Part shown: positions 22,444 to 33,184 of the stretch, piece after piece
How the letters are laid out: the number at the start of each line of letters is the position of its first letter
How positions within the stretch are numbered: the stretch's first letter is position 1
Assembly (NCBI GenBank): GCA_036918135.1
Contig: JBALDB010000028.1
Location: 32,001 to 96,000, forward strand
From: Nostoc sp.
GTDB taxonomy: Bacteria; Cyanobacteriota; Cyanobacteriia; Cyanobacteriales; Nostocaceae
Direction: 5' to 3'
DNA: 64,000 bases
The notes under the pieces: generated by a model
The model's input: the letters and a program-made list of their open reading frames with translations, nothing else
Database searches by the model: none
Told to the model about the DNA's origin: nothing
Made by a program: the position numbers and the translations under genes

Positions 22444-24642
22444 ATGAATAAACAGCTACGCAAGTGTTTTGTCAAGTTAATCATTGGACTGAAACAATCG
22501 CTTAGTCGAGAACACAAGGAAATGATGACTGCTGCTGGTGTTGCAGTCTGCATCCTACTTTTGCGCTCTATCGGACTATTACAATCCTTAGAATTGGCAG
22601 GTTTGGATCAATTTTTTCGCTTACGTCCAAATGAACCGCCAGAAGAACGTATTACTATCGTTGTGATTGATGAAGCCTACTTAGATCAAGTAGGTTCCTG
22701 GCCAATTCCAGATCGGAATATTGCCCAGTTACTGGAAAAATTAAATGTCCACAAACCACGTGCTATCGGCTTGGATATCTACCGAAACTTGCCAGTAGAG
22801 CCTGGTCATCAGGAATTACGTAATGTTTATCAGTCAATGCCAAACTTAATTGGTATTGAACTATTAACAAATGAAAAAAACCTTACAGTTTTACCTCCAC
22901 TAGGACTCAATAAGGAGCAAGTAGGTTTTAATAACGTGCTATATGACCCTGATGGCAAAGTACGTCGCAGCTTGTTGTATTGGCACGTTAAGGATAAGGT
23001 ACACGAAAGTTTTGCGTTGAAGCTGGCTTTATTGTATTTAAAATCAGAGGACATTACTCCTAAACAAGCAAAAAGCAACCCTGAGTATTTGCAATTGGGT
23101 AAAGCGGTATTTACTCGTTTTGAAGCTAATGATGGTGCCTATGTTGGAGCTGATGCCAGAGGCTACCAAATTTTGTCTAATTTTCCTAAGCCCAAATCTC
23201 AAAATTCATCTGTAGAATTTTCCCATTTTCATCAAGTATCAATGAGCGATGTACTCGCAGATAAAGTCCAAGAAAACTTAATTAAAGATCGGATTATACT
23301 TGTTGGCTCTACTGCACCTAGTCTCCAGGATTTTGTATTTATTCCCTATTCCAGTAGCTTGATGGGTACAGCAAAGCCTGTGGCTGGTATCGAATTACAA
23401 GCTTATTTTATTAGTGAGTTAATCTCAGCAGCTCTTGAGGGAAGACCATTACTCAAAGTCTGGGCTGAATTACTGGAATACTTGTGGATTTTTGTCTGGT
23501 CTTATGCGGGCGCTATCACCACATGGCGGATACAAGATGTAACGAAAAGCTTCCTCAGTGTCCTCGTTTGTTGCTTTGTATTAACCATCAGTGCCTATGT
23601 AGCTTTTTTATATGGTTGGTGGATACCGCTGATTCCTGGGCTATTTACTTTTGGGATTTCAGCTATCTGGATGACGAGTCATATTGCCCATATACAGGAA
23701 GAGTGGAAACGCTCTAAGGAGTTTTTACATCACGTAATCAACACGATTCCCGATCCAATCTTTGTGAAAAATGAACAACATCAGTGGATTGTTTTAAATG
23801 AGGCATATTGTCGATTCATCGGTTATCCGAATAAGTTATTAATTGAAAAGTCAGACTATGACTTTTTCCCTAAACATGAAGCTGATGTGTTTCGACAACA
23901 GGATGAGCTGGTTTTTCGGACTCAGCAACCCCATGAAAACGAAGAAGAATTTACAAATGCAGATGGTCAGACTCATCTAATTGCCACTAAGCGATCGCTC
24001 CACAAAGACTCAGCTGGCAATTTCTTTTTAGTTGGGGTAATCCGAGATATTACTCAACGCAAGTTGATGGAGGAAGAACTCAAGCGTACTGCTGCTGAGT
24101 TATTTCGCTCTAACAATGAATTAAAACTCAAAGAAGACCATTTGCGTTATATAGCATATCACGATCCCCTGACAGGTTTATCCAATCGCAAATTTTTTGC
24201 CGAACAACTTTACGAGTCGCTCCACTGGGCGCAACATAATAACTTGTTGCTGGGACTGCTGTTTATCGATCTAGACGGGTTTAAGCAAGTTAATGATACT
24301 TTAGGGCATGAGATGGGCGATCGCCTGCTGATGACTATCGCCGATCGACTCAGCAATTCTTTACGCGCTAGTGATACAGTTTCTCGGTTGGGTGGCGATG
24401 AATTTACTGTGATTTTACGAGCAATTCCCAATGTACAGGTAGCTGCTAAAGTCGCCGAAAAAATTTTAAGCGGTATTACCACGCCTATTGTTTTGGATGG
24501 GTATGCAATCCGAGTCTCTGCCAGTATTGGTATTAGTGTCTATCCATACAACAGCCAAGACAGTGAAACTTTGATGAAACAAGCAGATGCAGCAATGTAC
24601 CGTGCTAAACGCTCAGGTAAAAATCGCTACGAGTTTGCCTAA
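22444..24642 (+). CDS. CHASE2-PAS-GGDEF diguanylate cyclase
   Basis: CHASE2 (WPIPD, RAIGLDIYR, DPDGKVRR), three TM helices, PAS (IPDPIFVKN) and an intact GGDEF motif. Confidence 0.92.
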   Translation: MNKQLRKCFVKLIIGLKQSLSREHKEMMTAAGVAVCILLLRSIGLLQSLELAGLDQFFRLRPNEPPEERITIVVIDEAYLDQVGSWPIPDRNIAQLLEKLNVHKPRAIGLDIYRNLPVEPGHQELRNVYQSMPNLIGIELLTNEKNLTVLPPLGLNKEQVGFNNVLYDPDGKVRRSLLYWHVKDKVHESFALKLALLYLKSEDITPKQAKSNPEYLQLGKAVFTRFEANDGAYVGADARGYQILSNFPKPKSQNSSVEFSHFHQVSMSDVLADKVQENLIKDRIILVGSTAPSLQDFVFIPYSSSLMGTAKPVAGIELQAYFISELISAALEGRPLLKVWAELLEYLWIFVWSYAGAITTWRIQDVTKSFLSVLVCCFVLTISAYVAFLYGWWIPLIPGLFTFGISAIWMTSHIAHIQEEWKRSKEFLHHVINTIPDPIFVKNEQHQWIVLNEAYCRFIGYPNKLLIEKSDYDFFPKHEADVFRQQDELVFRTQQPHENEEEFTNADGQTHLIATKRSLHKDSAGNFFLVGVIRDITQRKLMEEELKRTAAELFRSNNELKLKEDHLRYIAYHDPLTGLSNRKFFAEQLYESLHWAQHNNLLLGLLFIDLDGFKQVNDTLGHEMGDRLLMTIADRLSNSLRASDTVSRLGGDEFTVILRAIPNVQVAAKVAEKILSGITTPIVLDGYAIRVSASIGISVYPYNSQDSETLMKQADAAMYRAKRSGKNRYEFA

Positions 24643-25394
24643 TTTAGCAAGAGTTAAGCCTTCTAAATTTTATTTATAAAGTATTTTTTTTTACCATGTT
24701 TTTTGCAATTTGGGCTTAATAGGCATCCAAAGCACTGTTTTGTAAAAGCATTGCATACTGTTTAAGAGGTAGCTTTTTAGCCAAAATCTAAACTCAGCAA
24801 GGCTTTTCCCTCTTAAAACTCAACCCCATCGAAGAGGTAAGAAAGAAATTAGTCAATCTCAGTAATTAAAAAATTTATTTTTTAAAGTAAGTATTTTTTA
24901 CATTAAAATATATCTCTATACTTAAGTAAAATATTACCTCTATAAATAGTTAAGCAACTTCTGTAAAGCTTGAAATGTAGGAGTTATAGATTTTTAACTT
25001 TATATTTATTTACTTTCTATGAGCGAATACTATGAAAACTTTAAAGTATTATTTTATATATTTTTTTGGCTAGTTATTTTTGAACTTAGTGTTTATACTT
25101 AAAATTATTAAGATATTATTAATAAATAGTGAACTAGGCAAACTGCTCATGGCAATTCATCAAGATATCTAACTTAAGACTGATGCATAAATAGGACATT
25201 TAGGAATATTTCTTAAGTATTAAGACTATTTAATACCAGCGAATTGATTTTGCTCTGCAAACTAATAGCACAATTACTTGTCTATTACGAGCATAAACTA
25301 ATAATTTTGGAATATTCTAAATCTATTTAAGTAAATGCACTTATTTAAAAAAAGATACCATTTCAAATAGAAAATAGTAAAAATACTGACAATA

Positions 25395-25631
25395 ATGAAA
25401 ATTAACTTACGGATAATAAAGTTTATAATAATTTGTATAGGTATTTACATAGTAATACCCCAAATTGTGGGTTATACTGGTGTGTTCAGTACTGCAAGTG
25501 CTACTAGTCTTAGCCCTAATGCCAGCAACACCTTAATCGCCCGGAAAGTCAATTCTCAGGATTTAAAAGACACATATATCCCGCCAAATTATGGTGGTCC
25601 TGACAGTCAGCATGGCAGTGGTACTCGCTAA
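25395..25631 (+). CDS. Small secreted peptide precursor ending YIPPNYGGPDSQHGSGTR
   Basis: 78-aa ORF with a basic N-terminus, hydrophobic core and ASA cleavage-like site, followed by a Pro/Gly-rich C-terminal motif. Confidence 0.65.
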   Translation: MKINLRIIKFIIICIGIYIVIPQIVGYTGVFSTASATSLSPNASNTLIARKVNSQDLKDTYIPPNYGGPDSQHGSGTR

Positions 25632-26013
25632 CATTAATTTTGGATTTTGCGGCAAGTAAGATGAAAAGGGACTCGGAATTGGGGGAGCAGAGGGAGAATA
25701 TATAATTCCTAATGGAGCTTTCAAAGTCTCCAAGGAGGCTCCTAACTCAACATGAGTTCGATAGATTCTTCACAACCCCTGCTTAAACACACTTATTGTT
25801 TGCTAAGCTGTTCCACGTTTAAGAAAGCATATATTTTCCTGTTGACTGTTGAGAGCTGATGCTTGAGTGTTAACAGTCAGATTTCAACGAACCTCAACTT
25901 CTCTACAAGTTTGGCTAATCACTTATTACAAAAATGTCTTCGCATCAGAGCCTCAGCCCTGATGGCACGCCTTCAACCGAATATATTAATATGACTGACC
26001 ATCAGCGACTTGA

Positions 26014-27711
26014 CTACAACGCCGTCCCTGAAATCTCAAGCAATACTGAAGATTTCCACCAGTGGTGTGTTTGTACAAGTGTATGGACTTGCCAATTTAA
26101 ATCTGGTTGAGGATAGTCTAAACGGTAGTGTCCGCCCCGGCTTTCGGTTCTAAAAGCCGCACTTTTGAGAATTAAATTAGCTACATCTAATAAATTGCGG
26201 GTTTCTGCCCAAAGTCGCAGTTGGGCTTCAACATCTGGGAGGTCAAAACTAGCTGGTTCTGCTGGACGTAAAGCTAACAAAAATTGAGTTAAAGGTAAGG
26301 CAGCGAAATCTTGCTGCCAAGATTCTACAGTGGCGATCGCAGTTTCTAACCCTGACTGTTCCCGGCAAATACCAGCATGTTGCCACACTAAACGCGGTAA
26401 CTTTTCCCTAAGTGTTTCTAACTGTGCTTGCTGAGTCTGCCACTCGCTGGCATCAGCTGTAAATTTCCGCAATGGTAGTACTGGTGTTTCTAAGGGTAAC
26501 CCAATGTCTGCCAACTCAATATTAGCCATCTGGGCACCGAATACAATACATTCTAGTAGGGAATTACTCGCAAGGCGATTTGCTCCATGTACTCCAGTAC
26601 TGGCAGTTTCACCGACTGCGTATAAACCGGGAATATTGGTGCGATTCATTAAATCTGCAACAATCCCACCCATCCAGTAATGGGCAGCAGGGGCTACAGG
26701 AATTGGTTCATTGAAGACATCAATACCCCAATGCTGACAAACTTTGATGATATTAGGAAAGCGGTGACGAATCTTGTCGGCGGGAATGGGGCGCATATCT
26801 AACCATACATGGGCAGTGGCCAGATCCAAGGCTGTATGTTGTAAATGGCTAAAAATCGCTCTACTGACTACATCTCTAGGCGCGAGTTCACCAGCTGGGT
26901 GGTAGTCAAAGGCAAAACGCCGCCCTTGGTTATCAATCAGGTGTGCCCCCTCGCCGCGTACAGCTTCGCTAATCAAAAAGCGATCTGCACCCGGTTTAGT
27001 AAGGGCAGTGGGATGAAATTGGACAAATTCTAAATCGCGGAGGATAGCCCCAGCTCGAGCTGCGATCGCTACGCCATCACCTGTACTCACAGCCGGATTG
27101 GTGGTTTGGGCAAATACCTGACCGCCGCCACCAGTTGCTAGTACCACAGCACCAGCTCTTACCCATGTGATTTTACCTTGATAAAACAGGCTAATTCCCT
27201 GACAGCATTTACTTTGGGGTTCAATCCACAAACTTAAAGCCAAAGCTTGCTGAATAACTTGAATATTTTGGCGGCGCAGAACTTGGGCGGTGAGGGTAGT
27301 GGTAACTTCTCGTCCTGTGGTGTCGGCAGCGTGGAGAACACGGTGGCGAGAATGGGCGGCTTCCAAAGTTAAAGCCAAAGCTTGACCGTGACGGTCAAAA
27401 GCAACCCCCAAGTTAACTAAAGACTGAATGCAGCTAGGGGCATGTTCGGCGAGAAATTCTACAGCAGCGCGATCGCATAAACCTGCACCTGCCCGGATTG
27501 TGTCTTCAATGTGCAGCCTTGGAGAATCTTCCGGGGCAACCGCTGCGGCAATACCACCTTGTGCCCAATCACTAGCGGACAAAGCCACAGTTTCTTTGGT
27601 AATCAACCCGACTCGCAGGGACTCTGGTAGACACAGCGCTGTATAAAGTCCAGCAGCACCAGCGCCGACTACTAAAACATCAAATTGGCTAGGAATATCT
27701 ATCTGAGGCAA
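26014..27711 (-). CDS. nadB: L-aspartate oxidase
   Basis: GAGAAGL, WAQGGIA, EFVQFHPT and GVHGANRLASNSLLE motifs. Confidence 0.95.
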   Translation of the reverse strand: MPQIDIPSQFDVLVVGAGAAGLYTALCLPESLRVGLITKETVALSASDWAQGGIAAAVAPEDSPRLHIEDTIRAGAGLCDRAAVEFLAEHAPSCIQSLVNLGVAFDRHGQALALTLEAAHSRHRVLHAADTTGREVTTTLTAQVLRRQNIQVIQQALALSLWIEPQSKCCQGISLFYQGKITWVRAGAVVLATGGGGQVFAQTTNPAVSTGDGVAIAARAGAILRDLEFVQFHPTALTKPGADRFLISEAVRGEGAHLIDNQGRRFAFDYHPAGELAPRDVVSRAIFSHLQHTALDLATAHVWLDMRPIPADKIRHRFPNIIKVCQHWGIDVFNEPIPVAPAAHYWMGGIVADLMNRTNIPGLYAVGETASTGVHGANRLASNSLLECIVFGAQMANIELADIGLPLETPVLPLRKFTADASEWQTQQAQLETLREKLPRLVWQHAGICREQSGLETAIATVESWQQDFAALPLTQFLLALRPAEPASFDLPDVEAQLRLWAETRNLLDVANLILKSAAFRTESRGGHYRLDYPQPDLNWQVHTLVQTHHWWKSSVLLEISGTAL

Positions 27712-27861
27712 GGTTAAGGGGAGGGTGAAATGGGGATGAGGGAGTAGGGGGAGATAAAGAAGAAAATAAATACTACCTCATCTCCCTTATCTCTAATAGA
27801 ATATCCCACTCTCTATAATCAGGAGTGGGCTGCTATTTGCTACATTAGCTGCAATGTGCAG

Positions 27862-28314
27862 TTATCTGTAGATGCCGTTGTTAAACCGATCGTCTCCCTC
27901 AATGAAGGCTGACTCTGGTTCTGTGACGGTGAAATGATCGAAGTTGGCTTGCAGGGTTTGTTTTTGGCGATCGCTCAATCCTCCAATATTTAATACATCG
28001 TCTATGCTTTGGTAGGGAGCATTTTTAATGATTAGCTTCGCAAGGGTGGGATAAAGCCCTGGATACTGTTGAAAAGCTCGGACGTTGGTATTATTCAAAT
28101 CAATTTTTTTACCGAATTCCGTTGCTAACTTCCTGTCTGCCTTATTCTGCCGTTCAATTGCCAGAACTGGGACTTGGGGAAAAGCAAAGCTGTTGAAACT
28201 AGCAGCTTGGGCTATCTGAGTTGTTCCCAGCCATCCCCAACAACCAAGTAACAAGCTAAACATTGTTAATAAACGCATCAATCCTTTCACGATTTTTTTA
28301 CCTCTTTTCATCAA
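27862..28314 (-). CDS. psbU: Photosystem II 12 kDa extrinsic protein PsbU (true start may be the GTG at 28290)
   Basis: [21 protein letters not shown] and DRFNNGIY motifs; signal peptide. Confidence 0.95.
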   Translation of the reverse strand: MMKRGKKIVKGLMRLLTMFSLLLGCWGWLGTTQIAQAASFNSFAFPQVPVLAIERQNKADRKLATEFGKKIDLNNTNVRAFQQYPGLYPTLAKLIIKNAPYQSIDDVLNIGGLSDRQKQTLQANFDHFTVTEPESAFIEGDDRFNNGIYR

Positions 28315-28853
28315 ACAGAAATAAAAGTTTTAAGCTAACAGCTGTCAGTGGTTCATTAGTCACTTGTACTGAGCGAACGCGAGTGCGTCTCGTAGAGAAG
28401 CCGAAGTATTGCTCATACCCTGTGGTAAGCCGCTAATGCGTCTACGTTAAAGGACAAAGGACGAAGGACAAAGGACAAAGCCTAATAGCTTAATCAACAC
28501 AGCAGTCATCAGAAACTAATATACAGCGTATTAATATCCACAATATTTACTGTTACTGGGTTTGACTATAATTTTGCTAAAAATTTTTTCCAGTGGTAAG
28601 AGTGACTGCTCTAGTGGCAACACCCTTGCATCTATAAATTACGGTATCATTCCCAGGCTAAACTAAATCTTTTCAAGGCGGTTGATTCTAACTCCCAGGC
28701 GGATACCAGGTTGTAGTATGTCTAATACCGTAAATTCTAGTAAAGATGGCTTTATCCTGGGGAGTAACTATTGTAATATTTCTTAATTAAAAAATTATCT
28801 ACAGCATCATTACTGATGTGCCGTAGATTCGTTTAGAAAAAGTTTTGTTATTT

Positions 28854-29633
28854 TCACGCGGCAATCGCAGCTAACAAAAATAAGCTGTCTACCAAAATTG
28901 TGCTTATAACTGCACCACCAAAGGCATACCAGTGTTTTTGGGTTCGACCTAAAGATAAAATTCCCACTGTTAACAGCACTAGGGCGAGAATTATTGCCCA
29001 AGCTTGTCCCCAAGGTGTTTCTACCTGTATTAAAGCGTTTTGTAAAATTTGTGACGTGGTATTTGCATCTGCTATCATGATTTGCCGCCAATAAGGCATC
29101 AAATCTACCATATAAAAATATACATCTGTTAAAACTGTACCGAATAGAGAACCTAAATAAAACCAGCTACCTACCTTTCCCCAATTTTTTGCCAAACACC
29201 AACAAGCAAATGGTAAACCGATAGACTCTATCGGTAGATGCCATAGAGGTTCCCAACGTAACCAACCCCAGTAAATTGCTCCTGCTAACCAACTCCAACT
29301 AAACCCGAAAAGCAAATCTCCCCAGAGATATGTTGCAGGACGTGACATTAATGTAAAACTTAGCCACACCCAAAATCCTGTCAGCGCTAAACTCAAACTT
29401 GGTAGCGATCGCACTATTGGTGCTTCTATAAATACGGGCACTGATACCAAAAATACCGCCGCCGCAAATACTAGCCATGTTTGTCGAGCAGAGATAAATA
29501 AAGGCACAGAAGGAGAAGACAAAAGTGTAGACTCCAATTGCGCGATATCTGTATGCTTAGTGCCAGATACATCCAACTCGGTATCAATAGAAGGAATAGC
29601 AGCGATGTAGGAGGACAATGTATTATTAATCAA
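28854..29633 (-). CDS. DUF3120-family membrane protein
   Basis: FLVSVPVFIEAP, WGDLL.GFSWSWLAG.IYWGWLRWEP motifs. Confidence 0.75.
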   Translation of the reverse strand: MINNTLSSYIAAIPSIDTELDVSGTKHTDIAQLESTLLSSPSVPLFISARQTWLVFAAAVFLVSVPVFIEAPIVRSLPSLSLALTGFWVWLSFTLMSRPATYLWGDLLFGFSWSWLAGAIYWGWLRWEPLWHLPIESIGLPFACWCLAKNWGKVGSWFYLGSLFGTVLTDVYFYMVDLMPYWRQIMIADANTTSQILQNALIQVETPWGQAWAIILALVLLTVGILSLGRTQKHWYAFGGAVISTILVDSLFLLAAIAA

Positions 29634-29817
29634 AGTTTTTAATATTTGTTACTAAACTTTATTTTACTTAAAATATCATAAATCAAAATCCCCTTGGGGG
29701 GCATTTTGATTTTACCTGGATTTTGCGTAGGTTGGATGTCGCCCGGAAAAACTGATGACAACAACGTAAAGTTGGATAATTCACAAAAGTATGTATATTT
29801 AGTAGGAGTCTCAATTA

Positions 29818-30729
29818 ATGGTGACAAATTGGCTATTCCCCCAACTGCTACAGGTGGGAGTATCGCATCTAGCTGTAGCTTCCAGTCCAGTCAACTTGAT
29901 AGAGCAACTGTTTCAAGCATTTATTCTGGGCATTGTCCAAGGAATTACAGAATTTTTGCCGATTAGCAGTACAGCTCATCTGCAAGTGTTCACTCAGGCT
30001 TTTCACTGGGAAACACTGGGATCGAAACCTTTTCTGGCGACAATTCAATTTGGCAGTGTGATTGCTGTCTTAATCTATTTTCGGACAGATATTACCCTGA
30101 TATTAACGGGAGGCTTGAAAGCTATTCGTGAAAAAGACTGGCAGCGAGAAGAATGGAAATTATTAGTGGGGATAGCAATAGGAACTCTGCCTGCTTTGGT
30201 TGGGGGATTTCTCCTGAAAAAAGCACTCAACGACGAAAATTCAACGATTAATAGTATGACTACCATCGCGATCGCTTCAATCGTGATGGCGCTTTTACTG
30301 GGTGCAGCTGAAAAATTAGGCAGTCGCAAACGAGATTTTAACTCTGTAACAATTGTTGATGGATTGCTAATCGGGCTAGGGCAAATGCTAGCTTTAGTAC
30401 CAGGTGTATCGCGTTCTGGCTCAACTTTAACAACTGCATTATTTTTGGGGCTAGAGAGGCAAACAGCAGCGAGATTTTCCTTTCTATTAGGAATTCCCAC
30501 CTTAACAATTGCTACTTTATATGAATTTTTTAAAGAGGCACTAGGAAAAATTGACTTAGTAGTGGTAATAGTAGGAACTCTATCAGCGTTTGTATTTTCA
30601 TATATATCGATCGCCTGGTTGTTGCGATATCTTCAAACTAAAAACACTTGGATATTTGTGTGGTATCGCTTGGGATTTGCGGCAGTAATCTTGAGTGCGA
30701 TTGCTAGAGGATTTTTGCAAAATAGTTAA
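29818..30729 (+). CDS. uppP: Undecaprenyl-diphosphate phosphatase
   Basis: GIVQGITEFLPISSTAHL and PGVSRSG motifs. Confidence 0.95.
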   Translation: MVTNWLFPQLLQVGVSHLAVASSPVNLIEQLFQAFILGIVQGITEFLPISSTAHLQVFTQAFHWETLGSKPFLATIQFGSVIAVLIYFRTDITLILTGGLKAIREKDWQREEWKLLVGIAIGTLPALVGGFLLKKALNDENSTINSMTTIAIASIVMALLLGAAEKLGSRKRDFNSVTIVDGLLIGLGQMLALVPGVSRSGSTLTTALFLGLERQTAARFSFLLGIPTLTIATLYEFFKEALGKIDLVVVIVGTLSAFVFSYISIAWLLRYLQTKNTWIFVWYRLGFAAVILSAIARGFLQNS

Positions 30730-30790
30730 TAGTCCTTTGTCATTAGTCCTTCTTCCAAAGCAAATGACTAATGACCAATGACCAAGCGCA

Positions 30791-30824
30791 AAGTCTGAGC
30801 GGAGGTTTCCTCCGATCGGAACTT
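30791..30824. repeat. 34-bp hairpin small dispersed repeat inside an STRR tract
   Basis: AAGTCTGAGCGGAGGTTTCCTCCGATCGGAACTT; a second copy lies at 41161-41194. Confidence 0.75.
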
Positions 30825-30852
30825 TGTAAGAATAACCAATGACTAATGACCA

Positions 30853-32178
30853 ATGACTACCATTCAACCTGCCCGCATTACCAGAGTATTACCTGATTCC
30901 ATAGCCGCAGAGATTGGCTTTGAGGCGGGGGATGCGATCGTTGCTATTAATGGTACGCGTCCCCGCGATTTAATTGATTATCAATTTTTATGTGCTGATG
31001 AAGTCCTGGAACTAGAAGTTTTAGACGCTGTTGGTAAAACCCATCACATTGAAATTGAAAAAGACTACGACCAAGATTTGGGGCTAGAATTTGCAACTGC
31101 CTTATTTGATGGCTTAATTCAGTGCAATAACCACTGTCCCTTTTGCTTTATCGACCAACAACCACCAGGTAAGCGTTCTAGTTTGTATTTGAAAGATGAT
31201 GATTATCGTCTGAGCTTTTTGTACGGCTCTTATCTAACCCTCACCAATCTACCAGAAAAAGAATGGCGACGCATTGAACAAATGCGTTTGTCTCCGTTGT
31301 ATGTTTCCGTTCATGCCACGGAGGCGGATGTGAGAATTAGATTGCTAAAAAATCCGCGTGCAGGACAAATTTTGCAACAACTCAAGTGGTTTCAACAAAG
31401 GCGACTCCAAATTCATGCCCAAGTCGTTGTTTGTCCTGGCATAAATGATGGCGAACATCTCGAACAAACTCTTAAAGATTTAGCCTCCTTTCATACTGGT
31501 GAAGTACCCACAGTGGCATCAGTGGCAGTTGTACCAGTTGGGTTGACACGATTTCGTCCCCAAGAAGATAAACTTACACCCGTAACTAGGGAAAAAGCTA
31601 AAGAAGTGATTTCCCAAGTCAAAATGCTTTCGCAACAATTTCGCCAGCAATTCGACTCTAGCGTTGCTTGGTTAGCCGATGAGTGGTTTTTGATTGCAGG
31701 CGAAGAATTACCAAGCGAATCTGAATATGAAGAATATCCCCAAATTGATAACGGTGTTGGTTCAATTCAATTATTTCTCAAACAATTTGCCACCGCTGCG
31801 GCAGAATTATTACCAGCAAAAATCTATCCTCAAAGAAAACTTACTTGGGTAGTGGGTAATACCGTAGAAAAAGCATTTCAACCAATTTTGAAGCGTTTAA
31901 ATTTGGTTGAAGGTTTAGAAGTAAATATGCGTGCTTTATCTAGTGATTACTGGGGACAAGATATTAGTGTTACAGGATTACTAACTGGTCATGACTTGCT
32001 TTTAAATTTAGTAGGGCAAGATTTAGGTGATGGGATTTTGCTACCGAAAGTTATGTTAAAGCATGGTGAATTAGTATTTTTAGATGATGTGGGTGTTGCA
32101 GATTTAGCAAGCAAATTGAAGACAAATATCTTACCAGTAGCAGGGGTTGAAGATTTAATAAATACCTGTATTAATTAA
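30853..32178 (+). CDS. PDZ + DUF512 radical-SAM-like Fe-S protein (TIGR03279 family)
   Basis: N-terminal PDZ-like region, CNNHCPFC and KDDDYRLSFLYG motifs. Confidence 0.88.
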   Translation: MTTIQPARITRVLPDSIAAEIGFEAGDAIVAINGTRPRDLIDYQFLCADEVLELEVLDAVGKTHHIEIEKDYDQDLGLEFATALFDGLIQCNNHCPFCFIDQQPPGKRSSLYLKDDDYRLSFLYGSYLTLTNLPEKEWRRIEQMRLSPLYVSVHATEADVRIRLLKNPRAGQILQQLKWFQQRRLQIHAQVVVCPGINDGEHLEQTLKDLASFHTGEVPTVASVAVVPVGLTRFRPQEDKLTPVTREKAKEVISQVKMLSQQFRQQFDSSVAWLADEWFLIAGEELPSESEYEEYPQIDNGVGSIQLFLKQFATAAAELLPAKIYPQRKLTWVVGNTVEKAFQPILKRLNLVEGLEVNMRALSSDYWGQDISVTGLLTGHDLLLNLVGQDLGDGILLPKVMLKHGELVFLDDVGVADLASKLKTNILPVAGVEDLINTCIN

Positions 32179-32694
32179 ATTATTTTTGTTAATCTTTTAG
32201 CTTATACAATTTTATTTTATTGATTATTAGGATTAAGCCTCAAAATTTTATCAATTCTGAATTCTAACAAAAACTCTGTCAATAACTGGGTTAAATATTT
32301 CAGTATAGAGATACCCAGAGCAAACTAATGTAAAGAGTTCAGCCAGATATGTTGAGTAATTGTGCGTTCCTATTTGTTGCTCAGCAATCAGTGCCATGCA
32401 ACTTTTAAGTTGATTGTATCCTCACCACCCAAAAATTACTGGACAAATATATTAGAAATTATTGTTAGTTTAGCTTTGGCGATCGCCATTAGTTAGCTTC
32501 ACAAATCTTGCAAAAATTCTTTTGTTTTTATTTATTAAATACTGCTTTTTTATAACTGCTACAACAACGATAACAAGCTTTATTTGAGCAAATAATTATT
32601 GAAAGTACTAACTCTCTATTTTGTATCGTTCCAGGCAGTACTAGTAAGTAGCTCGACCTAATTAAACATAAAATATTATTACGACAGAACAAAG

Positions 32695-32790
32695 TGTAGA
32701 CGCGAACGTGAGTACGTTTCGTAGAGAAGCGGCTTCCCGTACCCCTAAGGGGAAGCTAGCTACGCGTAGCGTCTCGTAGAGAAGGGTAGC
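32695..32790. repeat. Nested Nostoc small dispersed repeats (GCGTCTCGTAGAGAAG family)
   Basis: The same core occurs at 28385-28400 and 32769-32784, and inverted at 62932-62944. Confidence 0.7.
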
Positions 32791-33184
32791 GAAGTAATCG
32801 CAAAGATTATATCTAACGTTTTTCAATTACCTACTTATTACTTTTTTAAATTCTAACGAACAAAAGCAAATAATATAAACAAAAATAACATTCTTGATTT
32901 TAGGGGTTAGTGAAAATTACCTGCAATTTTACAAGCACCTATTGGAATTGGCAAATGAAAAAAATTCTAAACAGTTAGTTAAGAACAGAATTAAATTTAA
33001 AATGCAAGAGCCGACAATTTATATAGAATCGCCTGTGACAATTTGAATATTTATCTTGGCATTCTTGATGATTGAGCCGCTAGATTAATTAAGCATATTT
33101 ATTAAGTAGCTTTACCAATAGTCTATTATGTCTTGAATGAATTATGATTAATAAATAAATTAATCATTAAGTAAGGAGTAACGG

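Noticed and set aside
22193..22444. 83-aa ORF upstream of the CHASE2 cyclase
   Set aside because: No recognisable features; probably promoter or 5' UTR sequence.
25395..25631. PatX/PatS heterocyst-patterning peptide
   Set aside because: The C-terminus is HGSGTR, not the RG(S/T)GR pentapeptide required for HetR inhibition, and the gene context is not the usual patX context.
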